Shown here piece by piece: positions 18,241 to 26,643 of a stretch of DNA of 39,990 bases (positions are counted from its first letter, which is position 1; each line of letters begins with the position of its first letter). The notes under the pieces were generated by a model that was given only the letters and a program-made list of their open reading frames with translations, made no database searches and was not told where the DNA came from. This DNA comes from a virus (lineage: Duplodnaviria; Caudoviricetes): positions 1 through 39,990 of IMG/VR virus record IMGVR_UViG_3300032225_000555; one strand, given 5' to 3'. The translations under genes were made by a program, and so were the position numbers.

Positions 18241-18530
18241 TAGAACGCCTCCCCGGTCCGAACAATCTGAGCGGCCATCTTGAGATAAGAGCAGACATCG
18301 CAATCCTCTTCGGTGACGGCTTTGTAGTTACAGACCTCATTGTGCTTAAGCAAGTTATCGGCAATTCGGTTACGCTCCTTCTGAACTATTCTTTGGAGCT
18401 CGGTCGCAAAGTCTGGCTCTACTGTTTTGTCTTCTTGCGACTTACAGAAATCGCATCGCTTGCCTCTACAAGAACAAGTTTCATCTCCACACGGATCGCA
18501 CTCGCACTCGGTTAGTTCTTTGTCGCTCAT
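18240..18530 (-). CDS. Cys-rich hypothetical protein
   Basis: 96 aa with multiple CxC/CxxC; coupled overlaps on both sides. Confidence 0.65.
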   Translation of the reverse strand: MSDKELTECECDPCGDETCSCRGKRCDFCKSQEDKTVEPDFATELQRIVQKERNRIADNLLKHNEVCNYKAVTEEDCDVCSYLKMAAQIVRTGEAF

Positions 18531-19099
18531 TTGTTTATCCCTTCGCAGTTGGTTATAGATTGGTATTCGGTTTTGTAGTTCTTCCAGCAGTTCAAGTCAA
18601 CTCGGACGAAACGGACTTGGTCTGTTCCGTAATCCGATAGCGGCTCGACGACTGTGGTCTTGTAATAGCGATTAGCGTTGAGGACTTTACCTCCACCAAC
18701 GTAAATGCCTGAGTGGTAGAAATCGGTTGAGCCTCGTCTAGCGAAGACGACTATGTCGCCAACTTGAGCTCGGTGAACTCTCTTGCCTATGTGAGCCTGT
18801 TTGTCGGCTGAGTGAGGGACTCCGACTCCGAGTTGTTCGTACATCCATCGAACTAAACCGGAGCAGTCCCAACCATAGATGGACGAGCCTGTTCGGACGT
18901 AAGGAGTTCGGTTGACCCGGGACTTTAGTTGATTGACGACTTTAGAAATCTTGGTCGCTCTAATCTCGTCCTGAAACGGATCCAAAATTACGATTGACTT
19001 GTCTGTCGGTATAGGATCCGCAACGGCGATAGAGCTTGGTGTTCCTAAGGACAAGAGGATCACCGAAGTTATCGCCGTTGCGAAGACTCGGACTTTCAC
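18527..19099 (-). CDS. Secreted NlpC/P60 peptidoglycan endopeptidase
   Basis: Signal-peptide-like N-terminus; PY...GWDCSGLV, GDIVVF, HSGIYVG. Confidence 0.88.
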   Translation of the reverse strand: MKVRVFATAITSVILLSLGTPSSIAVADPIPTDKSIVILDPFQDEIRATKISKVVNQLKSRVNRTPYVRTGSSIYGWDCSGLVRWMYEQLGVGVPHSADKQAHIGKRVHRAQVGDIVVFARRGSTDFYHSGIYVGGGKVLNANRYYKTTVVEPLSDYGTDQVRFVRVDLNCWKNYKTEYQSITNCEGINK

Positions 19100-20040
19100 T
19101 TTACGCTCAATCGAACGGATGGCTGACCAACCTTTACAGGTAGCTCCATGTTTTCGTCGACGTGAGTCTGGAGCAATCTGAGAATCTCGTCTGTGTCTGG
19201 AGTTTTACGTCCAGCGACCTCAGACCAAGAAACCTTTACTCCGTCCATCGTAACTCCAGCGAACCCTTCCAGAGCAGACTTGACGGCATCCTTTTCAGCC
19301 TCAAGGACCTTGAGAGCCTCGTTGACCTCGATGTAGCGTTTCGCCGCGTTGGAGGCGTTTTCGTCTACGATTGCCTGACCCGATAAGTCTTTCGGAATCC
19401 CTTTACAGAGGTCGCCGTAGAACGAGCAATACTTGGCACAGAAGGTAATCGGATCTCTCTCCGGGTCTGGAGCAGTTGTCCTGCCCTTTACGTCCTCGAG
19501 CCACGCCAGAGCTTGAAGAGCAACCTCTTCGCTATACGGCTCGGTGTGAACTACGATGTCGTTCTCCGTTCCATCTCTTGGAATACCGACAAGGGTTACG
19601 TTCTTGACGTGGAACCCGGCTTGAACTAGCAAGTAGCCGTAGACCTGAACTTGCCAACGTTTCTGTTGGCTCACGAACCAGTCGACGTTCTTGAGGGTGA
19701 TGGTCTTCCAGTCGACGACCTCTCCATAAAGCGGATCGAAGAAGTCGATTGTTGCTGGAGGTAGTCCCTCGATTTCGACTCGGTGTTCGAGCATTGGCAT
19801 ATGGTTCTCGTCCCGGTCCTCGTACTGAGTTAGGATAGCGGCCTCGATTGCCGTATGAATAGCCGTTCCCATAATCGCCGGGAGGGAGAGAGTTGAGTTC
19901 GTCTTCTTATCTCCCTGAGTCATGTGCCAGACTTTACGGCGACAATCTCCGAGAGCCGAAACTCCGATTGCTGTTTGCTTAGAACGAGCTCGGTCGCCGT
20001 CAACTTGACGGAGAGCGTTGATGAGTGTTGTCTTTTCCAT
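19096..20040 (-). CDS. Cas4/RecB-like PD-(D/E)XK exonuclease
   Basis: GVSALGDCRRK, GTAIH, D...DWKT, QVQVY, CxxxCxxxxxxC Fe-S ligands. Confidence 0.85.
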   Translation of the reverse strand: MEKTTLINALRQVDGDRARSKQTAIGVSALGDCRRKVWHMTQGDKKTNSTLSLPAIMGTAIHTAIEAAILTQYEDRDENHMPMLEHRVEIEGLPPATIDFFDPLYGEVVDWKTITLKNVDWFVSQQKRWQVQVYGYLLVQAGFHVKNVTLVGIPRDGTENDIVVHTEPYSEEVALQALAWLEDVKGRTTAPDPERDPITFCAKYCSFYGDLCKGIPKDLSGQAIVDENASNAAKRYIEVNEALKVLEAEKDAVKSALEGFAGVTMDGVKVSWSEVAGRKTPDTDEILRLLQTHVDENMELPVKVGQPSVRLSVK

Positions 20041-20471
20041 TAGTTGCTCCTATTGTTTATTGCTGGTAACGCTTGCTCTATGAGAGAGATTACAAGTCTG
20101 TGTGTGTCGCCACTCGAGTCGAAGGCAGGATCGGGAACTTTAGTGAGAGCAGGACTCGAGTCGAGGTATTGGACTAGAGAGATTGAATTGCCTCCGAGGT
20201 CGCTAATCGCTTTGAGGTGAGAGGGTTGAAATCCGATAACTAGGTCTGCCCAATCGACTAGGGATTTGGATAGAGCCGTTGAGCGATGAAAGTCTACTTT
20301 TGGATAGCCAGCCTCGACTAGAGCCAACCTCATTTTCTTAGACATAGGTTTATTGGCTTTGAGGTTGGTGGCCGCCGATTGAATAATCCAATCCGGGTGA
20401 AGTTGACGAGCCATTACTTCGGCCGCTGCGGATCGGTTGATGTTGCCAGTACAGACAAATAGGATCTTCAT
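20040..20471 (-). CDS. Low-molecular-weight protein tyrosine phosphatase / ArsC-like protein
   Basis: ILFVCTGNINRS (CX5R), WADLV, VPDP. Confidence 0.85.
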   Translation of the reverse strand: MKILFVCTGNINRSAAAEVMARQLHPDWIIQSAATNLKANKPMSKKMRLALVEAGYPKVDFHRSTALSKSLVDWADLVIGFQPSHLKAISDLGGNSISLVQYLDSSPALTKVPDPAFDSSGDTHRLVISLIEQALPAINNRSN

Positions 20472-21313
20472 TTCTTGAACTTCGTTTCTTGATAGCCGAG
20501 CTCGAGCTCGTGGATGTATGGACGAAACTCGGGGAACGTCCAGCCTCGAAATCCGTAGACTTGTTCGGCTGGAGTGAAGTCGGTAATGGCCGCTATGACG
20601 AAGAACTTACACCAACTGACTGCTGATTCTATTTCCATCCAGTTTGCTGTCCCGGGGAAATGGCGAAACTCGATTGTGCCGTTCTTGAAGAGAGAGCGAA
20701 GGTTCATCGCAGGTCGAGGAGCAATCTGAAACTGACGGCGACCAGACTTGGATAAAGGAGCGTGAGCCGAATAGAGCTCCTCCAGCGTCGAGGAGTTGAG
20801 GAGTTCTTGGTAACGAACCTCGGGGAGAGAGTAGTGATGGCTCACCAGTCTTCGCCTGTAACGTTTCATCGCTCCCTTGAGTTCCTCGGGATTTGGATAC
20901 TCCTCGGAGGTTGGTTTCGGGATTGGCTCAATCGTTTCGAAGACGAACCTCTCGTTGTATCGGAAGTACGTTGCGACTTGTTTGATAAGTTCAAGATCCT
21001 GTGCGAGTCCCGGGACGGCGACGTGGACGTGTAGATTACATCGATAGTTGATTGTCGGCTTGAGGAGGTCTGCTAGTTGACTAGCGATGTGAGCCTGTTC
21101 CATAGGAGTTTCGGTTGGACGAGTGTTGATTTCGCCTCCGAAGGAATAAGCTCCAGTCGGATCGTTGGCTCGTCCGTTGGAGTTGACGATGGTGTAGTCC
21201 TCGAAGTCCCAAGAGCCGAGAGTTTCGGGGATTGAGATACGTCTGTCTACATCTGCCCACTCAAGTTCTAGTCCAAAGGTCATACCCGAAACTTTATCGG
21301 TAGCCTCAGACAT
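20468..21313 (-). CDS. Amidoligase (COOH-NH2 ligase, glutamine-synthetase/GCS-like fold)
   Basis: TFGLELE, GGEINTRP, CNLHVHV, TIEFRHFPGT; start re-called at ATG 21313. Confidence 0.8.
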   Translation of the reverse strand: MSEATDKVSGMTFGLELEWADVDRRISIPETLGSWDFEDYTIVNSNGRANDPTGAYSFGGEINTRPTETPMEQAHIASQLADLLKPTINYRCNLHVHVAVPGLAQDLELIKQVATYFRYNERFVFETIEPIPKPTSEEYPNPEELKGAMKRYRRRLVSHHYSLPEVRYQELLNSSTLEELYSAHAPLSKSGRRQFQIAPRPAMNLRSLFKNGTIEFRHFPGTANWMEIESAVSWCKFFVIAAITDFTPAEQVYGFRGWTFPEFRPYIHELELGYQETKFKK

Positions 21314-21623
21314 GGCGAGCCTCTTGATAGGCGGCGAAAAGTCCTTGCCAATCGTTGAACTCGAACTGCTCCTCAACTTCGTATCGCTCGAACACTAGCC
21401 AGAGGCAATCGCCACTAGCCGAGATAACTATGTTGAACAGGTCTGGAGTCTGGAGCGAAATCCAGTTTTGATTAGACTCGTTGATGTACTCGACAACTGT
21501 GAACTCGAAATCTAGTTCGGCAAACTCGGACTTTAGAAATCCTTCGAGCAATTCCGAACCAGACTTGCCTGTGTGTTGGCGAGCAATAACTCTCAAGTAA
21601 AAGTTGTTGTAGTTGATTATCAT
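21306..21623 (-). CDS. Hypothetical protein
   Basis: 105 aa, coupled to neighbours. Confidence 0.65.
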   Translation of the reverse strand: MIINYNNFYLRVIARQHTGKSGSELLEGFLKSEFAELDFEFTVVEYINESNQNWISLQTPDLFNIVISASGDCLWLVFERYEVEEQFEFNDWQGLFAAYQEARHV

Positions 21624-21925
21624 TAGAACGGCTCCTCAAGAAACTTGTCTACGCTCTTCTTGACTTGTTTCCAAAGAGCCACTGAGGCGAGGTCTAAGTC
21701 CGAAGTAAAAGCTCGCAGGTCGACTGCTCCTTTGGACTCCATGTCCCTCTCCTCCCAACAGAGATAAGTTCCGTCGAGCCAGACTTGAAATGCGAAGTAG
21801 TCTACGTCGACGATGATTGCCTCAGCCTCAAGATCCGTCGTGGTGTTGACTCTCGAGTCGCACCAGTCTGGCAGATTGTTTAGAAGAGACTTGTCTACGG
21901 ATTCTAGGTCTACAAAGTAATCCAT
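21623..21925 (-). CDS. Hypothetical acidic protein
   Basis: 100 aa, TAATG coupling, AAGGAG RBS. Confidence 0.7.
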   Translation of the reverse strand: MDYFVDLESVDKSLLNNLPDWCDSRVNTTTDLEAEAIIVDVDYFAFQVWLDGTYLCWEERDMESKGAVDLRAFTSDLDLASVALWKQVKKSVDKFLEEPF

Positions 21926-22257
21926 TAGTTGCTCTCCTTGTATTCGATACGGACTGTGTTGAAGAAATGGTCTGACTCCATCAACTTAGTTTCGATGCCA
22001 GCCAACTCCAACGCTCCCATCATCTTGCGAGTGATGGAGTCGATTTGAGGCTTGTCTTTGTCGCTACTCCAAACAAGAGCGTGATTGACTTCGACTCTCT
22101 TGGTCGTGACGCCAGCAATCGTGAAGTCGTAGACGTTGACAAGAAATCCGTCGTTCCATAGTTTCTCGCTTGAGCGATTACGCCACTCGGCTTTGACAAA
22201 TCCTGATTCGATTAGGATCTTGGTGACCATAGGTCTAGTGATTTTACGAGTGTTCAT
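21925..22257 (-). CDS. Hypothetical protein
   Basis: Start re-called at ATG 22257 (MNTRKI) after GGAG. Confidence 0.65.
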   Translation of the reverse strand: MNTRKITRPMVTKILIESGFVKAEWRNRSSEKLWNDGFLVNVYDFTIAGVTTKRVEVNHALVWSSDKDKPQIDSITRKMMGALELAGIETKLMESDHFFNTVRIEYKESN

Positions 22258-22259
22258 TC

Positions 22260-22520
22260 TTAGAACTCCACTCTTCCACACTCGCAAGTTGGACGAGCCT
22301 CGCCAATCTCGTTGATTAGAAAGTCCTTCATGTATGCTCGTTCGTCTGCTGTGAATCGGTATGCTCCGTCGAAGGTCTTGCCCTGACGGATGTTGTTGCC
22401 GATTTCGCCGAACAATCTAGTTCCCATACATCTGTCCGAAACGCAGACAAGGTTGCCTAGTGCTGTTGACCAGATTTCGTTCTCTCGTCCCTTAGGACCT
22501 GAGTAAGTTGTAGTGCTCAT
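22260..22520 (-). CDS. Hypothetical early protein (first gene of second early unit)
   Basis: ATG 22520 preceded by GAGAAATAGGGAG. Confidence 0.7.
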   Translation of the reverse strand: MSTTTYSGPKGRENEIWSTALGNLVCVSDRCMGTRLFGEIGNNIRQGKTFDGAYRFTADERAYMKDFLINEIGEARPTCECGRVEF

Positions 22521-22529
22521 TTTGTTGCT

Positions 22530-22563
22530 CCCTATTTCTCGGGAGGCTCGCCATCCGAACCTC
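22530..22563 (-). promoter_or_regulatory. Conserved leader: 8-bp hairpin with GAUGG loop followed by GAGAAAUAGGG start motif
   Basis: Structural paralogue at 29580-29614 with compensatory changes. Confidence 0.7.
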
Positions 22564-22571
22564 ATAGGACT

Positions 22572-22601
22572 ATTATTGCCAAGTCGAGCCGAAAAAGTCA
22601 A
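22572..22601 (-). promoter_or_regulatory. Early sigma-70-type promoter P2
   Basis: TTGACT-N18-AATAAT, same layout as P1. Confidence 0.7.
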
Positions 22602-22668
22602 GACTATTTGAGATTTATTTTGTCGGCGAGTCGCCTGTAAATACAAGGGTTGTAGACCCGGGTCGAGC

Positions 22669-23691
22669 TTATTTGTCCAGCCAGACCTTGTAACTAGCCG
22701 TTACTCTGCCTTTTTCTGGATCGACGAAATGGAGGCGTTGACTCGGAGTTGCTGAGGCCGCCAACATCACTCCAGCGTAACGATTGTCCGACTCGGTTGA
22801 GCCTGTCTGGTAGACGGATCCGAGTCCGTTCGCCATCGCCCATTCGGCGTGAGTGTGATAGTGACCTATATAGACGTCACGGAAGTCCCAAGGATACGAA
22901 CCGGATCTCCAGCGATTAGCGTGTTGGACTATCGCACCCGGAGAGGCAAAGCCGTTTCGTCCAACCTCGTCGCCGTGAATAAGTAACGCTCGATAGTTTC
23001 CAATCTCGATTCGTTGTATGTCCTCGGGAGAGTCCTGCCAGACAAGTCGTTTCTCGCCAGCGAGAAGTTGACGAGCGAGCTCGTAGCACATCCTGTCGAA
23101 GTTGTCTGACCTCGGGACGTTGTCCCTTTTCGATCCGATACGTCCGTGATTACCCCACTCGGCTACGACCTCGACTTGTTCATAGTTGGCAAGAGCAATC
23201 CGAACTACGTCTACGATTAGGCGACTGACTGTAACGTATTGACCGAAGATGGTTGAATCGATTTCGAACGCTTGACCCGGAAAGTTGAAGAGTCCTTCAA
23301 TCATGTCGCCACCGAAAGCGATGACGCATTTCTTGATTGAGTGGTCTGCTCTATGTATGTTCGTAATTGAAACGGCTTTATCCGTAAATAGCAGAACCCG
23401 GTCCCTCATTACGTCCGAGTTGTAGGAAGTCGTTTTCTTCGCTCCTTGCCAATCGGTCAAGTGCCAGAGAGCAACCTCGGATCCTTTACGGCGATCCGTT
23501 TTTGGAGGCTGAACCGGAGGAACTTTGCCGAGAGTTATCATCGCATCGAAAGCGGCCTGACGAGTTACCTCGACAAGTTGCTCGGTTCGGTCTTTGGCTT
23601 GGACAAGTTGAGATTGAGTTCGACGTAGAGCAGAGCGAAGAGCTTTTACGTCTGCTGGCTCTTCCTCGGGAGGTGTTAGGTCCTCCAGCAT
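22669..23691 (-). CDS. Calcineurin-like metallophosphoesterase with N-terminal coiled coil
   Basis: TDWQ, GDMIEG, GNHG, HGD, GHYH motifs. Confidence 0.85.
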   Translation of the reverse strand: MLEDLTPPEEEPADVKALRSALRRTQSQLVQAKDRTEQLVEVTRQAAFDAMITLGKVPPVQPPKTDRRKGSEVALWHLTDWQGAKKTTSYNSDVMRDRVLLFTDKAVSITNIHRADHSIKKCVIAFGGDMIEGLFNFPGQAFEIDSTIFGQYVTVSRLIVDVVRIALANYEQVEVVAEWGNHGRIGSKRDNVPRSDNFDRMCYELARQLLAGEKRLVWQDSPEDIQRIEIGNYRALLIHGDEVGRNGFASPGAIVQHANRWRSGSYPWDFRDVYIGHYHTHAEWAMANGLGSVYQTGSTESDNRYAGVMLAASATPSQRLHFVDPEKGRVTASYKVWLDK

Positions 23692-23906
23692 AAGCAGACT
23701 CTCGTTCTGTGGTCGTGAAGGGAGTGACGATTAGTTACGATGCCTCGCTCTTTAAGAGCGTTGGTCAACGCTAACGAACTCCACTTGTCATTGGCGAGAG
23801 CCTCGACCAACTTTGACTGGTCTGTGGCGTCCAGCGATTCTAGGATCTTGCCGAACGGACAAGTCTTCTTCTGGCTCGGTGGTTCTAAGTTATCTAAAAG
23901 TCCCAT
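23676..23906 (-). CDS. Small HTH-like/Zn-binding protein
   Basis: C...LTNALKERG...HDHRTRVCLC; directly upstream of the phosphoesterase. Confidence 0.65.
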   Translation of the reverse strand: MGLLDNLEPPSQKKTCPFGKILESLDATDQSKLVEALANDKWSSLALTNALKERGIVTNRHSLHDHRTRVCLCWRT

Positions 23907-23925
23907 TGGTTTCCTATTCCTCTAT

Positions 23926-24267
23926 TTAGTCTGTCACAGTTTTAGCAATAGTTCTAGTTCCATCGTCCCAGAGCAACCACCATAGACCGCTCCAAGTTTC
24001 GTACACGGCGACCTCCTCGGGTTTTTCGTAGCCGCTAATCTTCCAACCTCGTTCTCGTCCAAGTCGAGCGACATCAGCGTCCGACTCGAGAAGTCCGTTG
24101 ACGACTGAGCAAAGAGTGATAATGTTCGAGGCTCGGTTACGGACTTTAGATCCGCCCATTCCTCGACCGGATCGATGTTGAGGTACGAGGTCGTCCCCTG
24201 CTTTGCCACAGTGATAGCATCGTCCTTCGTCCCGGGACAGATACCTCTGAAACTCTTTGTGATTCAT
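23926..24267 (-). CDS. HNH endonuclease-like protein
   Basis: RDEGRCYHCG...QHR...GMGGS...NIITLC; start re-called at ATG 24267. Confidence 0.75.
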   Translation of the reverse strand: MNHKEFQRYLSRDEGRCYHCGKAGDDLVPQHRSGRGMGGSKVRNRASNIITLCSVVNGLLESDADVARLGRERGWKISGYEKPEEVAVYETWSGLWWLLWDDGTRTIAKTVTD

Positions 24268-24437
24268 TGACCGGATCCCCAACCTGTTCCCCTGAAGGCA
24301 ACTCCTCCGAAAGTGAATAGACGCTCGAGGTCTTCTCCACACTTGACGCATTTCGGAGTTTCGGCCGCCTCTCCGATTGAACGCTCGACTTGTTGGACGA
24401 GCTCGCACCCGGAACACTTGTATTGGTAAGTCGGCAT
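24264..24437 (-). CDS. FmdB-family zinc-ribbon protein
   Basis: MPTYQYKCSGC...CVKCG...FRGTGW. Confidence 0.8.
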   Translation of the reverse strand: MPTYQYKCSGCELVQQVERSIGEAAETPKCVKCGEDLERLFTFGGVAFRGTGWGSGQ

Positions 24438-24775
24438 TAAGAGGTCTTCCACATCAACTCGACCTGACGAGCGATTACGGCAGTAGCCATAGACGCTGAC
24501 TCTAGGATCTTGAGTTTGGTCTTGACCCGATTCACCTCGGCTCGAGCGAGATCTCTCTCCAACCTAGCGTCCGAGGACTCGAGTTTGGCGACAGCCTGTT
24601 TCTCGGCTATGGTTCCTGCCTCGCATCTCAACATCGCTAGGGACTCGACCTTATCAAGTTGGTTCTCTGCCTCGGCTAGTTTTGTTTCAGCCAAGAAGAG
24701 AGCCTCGGGAGCTCGCTCAAGTTCAAGTTGAATCCTCTGGAGCTCCGAAATTACGTTGGTTGGTATTGGTTCCAT
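24437..24775 (-). CDS. Coiled-coil hypothetical protein
   Basis: 112 aa helical; AGGCTAAAC start motif. Confidence 0.7.
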   Translation of the reverse strand: MEPIPTNVISELQRIQLELERAPEALFLAETKLAEAENQLDKVESLAMLRCEAGTIAEKQAVAKLESSDARLERDLARAEVNRVKTKLKILESASMATAVIARQVELMWKTS

Positions 24776-25058
24776 TGTTTAGCCTTTCATTTGGAACGAT
24801 GTGACTCTTTTGAATACAGTCCCTATTACCGCAGAGTCGAACTCCGGGTCTGTATGGTTTTCCCCATCTGTCAAGCGGGTTGTCGTCGTAGTCGAAGTTG
24901 CCACGATGCGGACGGCAGATGCCGTAAGAGGTTTTGACGGCTCGGACCGGGATTGCGAGGCAGGATCGGCAGAGGATTTCTTGGCGGCGTTCCTTACGTA
25001 ACTCGTAGAAACTCTGCTCGCTCGGGTTGTCGTTTCCGCACTTGAGGCATTGAAACAA
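24723..25058 (-). CDS. Zinc-finger protein with HNH/His-Cys-like C-terminal loop
   Basis: CxxC...CxxC...RLCGNRDCIQKSH; TTG start with GGAGG RBS. Confidence 0.6.
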   Translation of the reverse strand: MFQCLKCGNDNPSEQSFYELRKERRQEILCRSCLAIPVRAVKTSYGICRPHRGNFDYDDNPLDRWGKPYRPGVRLCGNRDCIQKSHIVPNERLNNGTNTNQRNFGAPEDST

Positions 25059-25087
25059 GTCGTCCTCCTCTCGTTCCTATCATAGAA

Positions 25088-25170
25088 CGAAAAGAAGACA
25101 GGAGTGCTGTCTAAAACGTTCGGAGAAATAGGGGATAGAACCACGAACGGATAGCACTCCTGCCTGTTCT
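25088..25170 (-). ncRNA. Candidate ~80-nt small RNA with anti-start-motif loop
   Basis: Extended -10 TGCTATGAT at 25173-25181; stems 25099-25108/25153-25162 and 25117-25122/25144-25149; loop contains CCCCUAUUUCUC; 3' U-rich tail. Confidence 0.55.
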
Positions 25171-25181
25171 TTATCATAGCA

Positions 25182-25322
25182 CTAAAGTCCGATTAGATTT
25201 CTCAAGCTACGAATCTTACGCTTGAAGTTCGGTTTAGTGAAGAAGAGCCAACGATTACGAAGACGTAGCCACTCTTGAAAAAGCTCGGCTCTGTAACGTC
25301 TAACGAACTTATGCTTTGCCAT
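25182..25322 (-). CDS. Small basic hypothetical protein (46 aa, not in ORF track)
   Basis: MAKHKFVRRYRAELFQEWLRLRNRWLFFTKPNFKRKIRSLRNLIGL; overlaps the upstream stop. Confidence 0.5.
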   Translation of the reverse strand: MAKHKFVRRYRAELFQEWLRLRNRWLFFTKPNFKRKIRSLRNLIGL

Positions 25323-25503
25323 TAGGTTTTTGGTCAGCGTATTTGAATCGGTCTTCAATGACCCGGATAGCCTCTCGAAGTCCCTCTCGATAAAGAGTGT
25401 TCGGGACTCGTTCGATTTCGGCTTGAAGGATCTTGATTAGTTCTTCTCGCTCGGTGACTCGACCTTGCTTGCGATAGTATTCTCTAACTCGTTCGGCTGA
25501 CAT
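25309..25503 (-). CDS. Hypothetical protein
   Basis: 64 aa, GGAGG RBS. Confidence 0.65.
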   Translation of the reverse strand: MSAERVREYYRKQGRVTEREELIKILQAEIERVPNTLYREGLREAIRVIEDRFKYADQKPNGKA

Positions 25504-25944
25504 CTAAGCCTCCTGAATCCAAGTTTGAGTTTCGTTGGTTTCGATACAATCGCAATAAGGTCCTTCATCTTCAGGATCGTCAACACAACACGCTTGAGGT
25601 CGTCCACACGGACAATCTTCGTCATTGACCTCGGCGTAAAACTTAGCCAAAGCCTCCTCCTCCGAGTTGGCTCTAACCAATACAGTTTCGCCAGACAAAA
25701 CTACAAACTCAAGTGGCAACGACTCGTCAGAGCTCAGGGCATTTACAGGCATGGAGTCTAACGAGTCGTTACCTCCAGTATAGCCGCTAAGAAACTTGTT
25801 GAGAATCTCTTGAGCGTTCTCTGGCGTGTTCGTCTTCCTGCTGTATCGAGGTCTGTTGACCAGACTTACCAATAACCAGATGAGTCCGATTGTTCCAAGA
25901 GCCACCATTCCTAATCCGATTACTTGTGATTCGTTGTTATTCAT
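25504..25944 (-). CDS. Membrane-anchored Cys-rich hypothetical protein
   Basis: N-terminal hydrophobic helix; acidic Cys-rich C-terminus; GGAGG RBS. Confidence 0.65.
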   Translation of the reverse strand: MNNNESQVIGLGMVALGTIGLIWLLVSLVNRPRYSRKTNTPENAQEILNKFLSGYTGGNDSLDSMPVNALSSDESLPLEFVVLSGETVLVRANSEEEALAKFYAEVNDEDCPCGRPQACCVDDPEDEGPYCDCIETNETQTWIQEA

Positions 25945-26203
25945 TGTCGCCTCCCGGGTCAGTGATGTAGCGTGGTGCTGGCAGAAGAGCCAACTTGCGA
26001 ACGGTGTCGGCCGCCGAATTGAGTCCGTGTAGTCGCATAGAGGAGTCGGCTCGCAACCAATCTGGAGCAGACGGATCCTTGCCGACTATCGTGAGTTGGT
26101 CGATTAGGACTTGTAGTTGCTCGGTAACTTCTTGAAGAGCTCTACGCCAGCCAACTCCGAACGCTTGCTCTTGGCAGACTTGTATAAAAGAGTGGTCGCT
26201 CAC
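25937..26203 (-). CDS. Hypothetical protein
   Basis: 88 aa, GTGA coupling. Confidence 0.6.
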   Translation of the reverse strand: MSDHSFIQVCQEQAFGVGWRRALQEVTEQLQVLIDQLTIVGKDPSAPDWLRADSSMRLHGLNSAADTVRKLALLPAPRYITDPGGDNE

Positions 26204-26643
26204 TTGTGACCACTTCCACTACACTCTAGGCAGATTGCGGATCCATCTGGAGTTGGCACTCCGTAAATACGTCCATCACCTTCGCAAAGGTCGCAAACTA
26301 TGTCATCTAACTTAACTTGTTTAGTCGAGATTGACCAAACAATCGCAGACTTGCCGGATCTAGTTGGCGAACGTTTGCCTGTGTCTTCGACCATTCCGAG
26401 CTTGACAAGTTGCGAACGTCGAGTGCGAATACCAGAATCCGAGGCGTAGAAAGTTTCCTGCTTTCGAAGTTGACGACCAAACTGGAGTGCGAGGTATCTC
26501 GAGATAAGTAGTTCGTCAATCATAGGTCCTTCGTCACGAAGGATCTTGATGATGTCTTTCATCGTCTGAGTTATCTTCCCCTCGTCTAGCGAGAGAGCGG
26601 CGTCACGGCTAGTGTCCGGGTCAGTTGTTCTCCAGAGAGTCAT
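26200..26643 (-). CDS. Winged-helix-like DNA-binding protein with C-terminal CxxCxGxG zinc finger
   Basis: RTTDPDTS, SGIRTRRSQLVKLG, CDLCEGDG...CLECSGSG. Confidence 0.7.
   Translation of the reverse strand: MTLWRTTDPDTSRDAALSLDEGKITQTMKDIIKILRDEGPMIDELLISRYLALQFGRQLRKQETFYASDSGIRTRRSQLVKLGMVEDTGKRSPTRSGKSAIVWSISTKQVKLDDIVCDLCEGDGRIYGVPTPDGSAICLECSGSGHK

Noticed and set aside
19096-20040. Cas4-like gene as evidence of a CRISPR-Cas system
   Set aside because: No repeat-spacer array or other cas genes are visible; stand-alone Cas4-like exonucleases are common partners of phage Bet
20040-20471. Arsenate-resistance auxiliary gene (arsC)
   Set aside because: It lacks the additional redox cysteines and any ars context; only a generic LMW-phosphatase fold is supported
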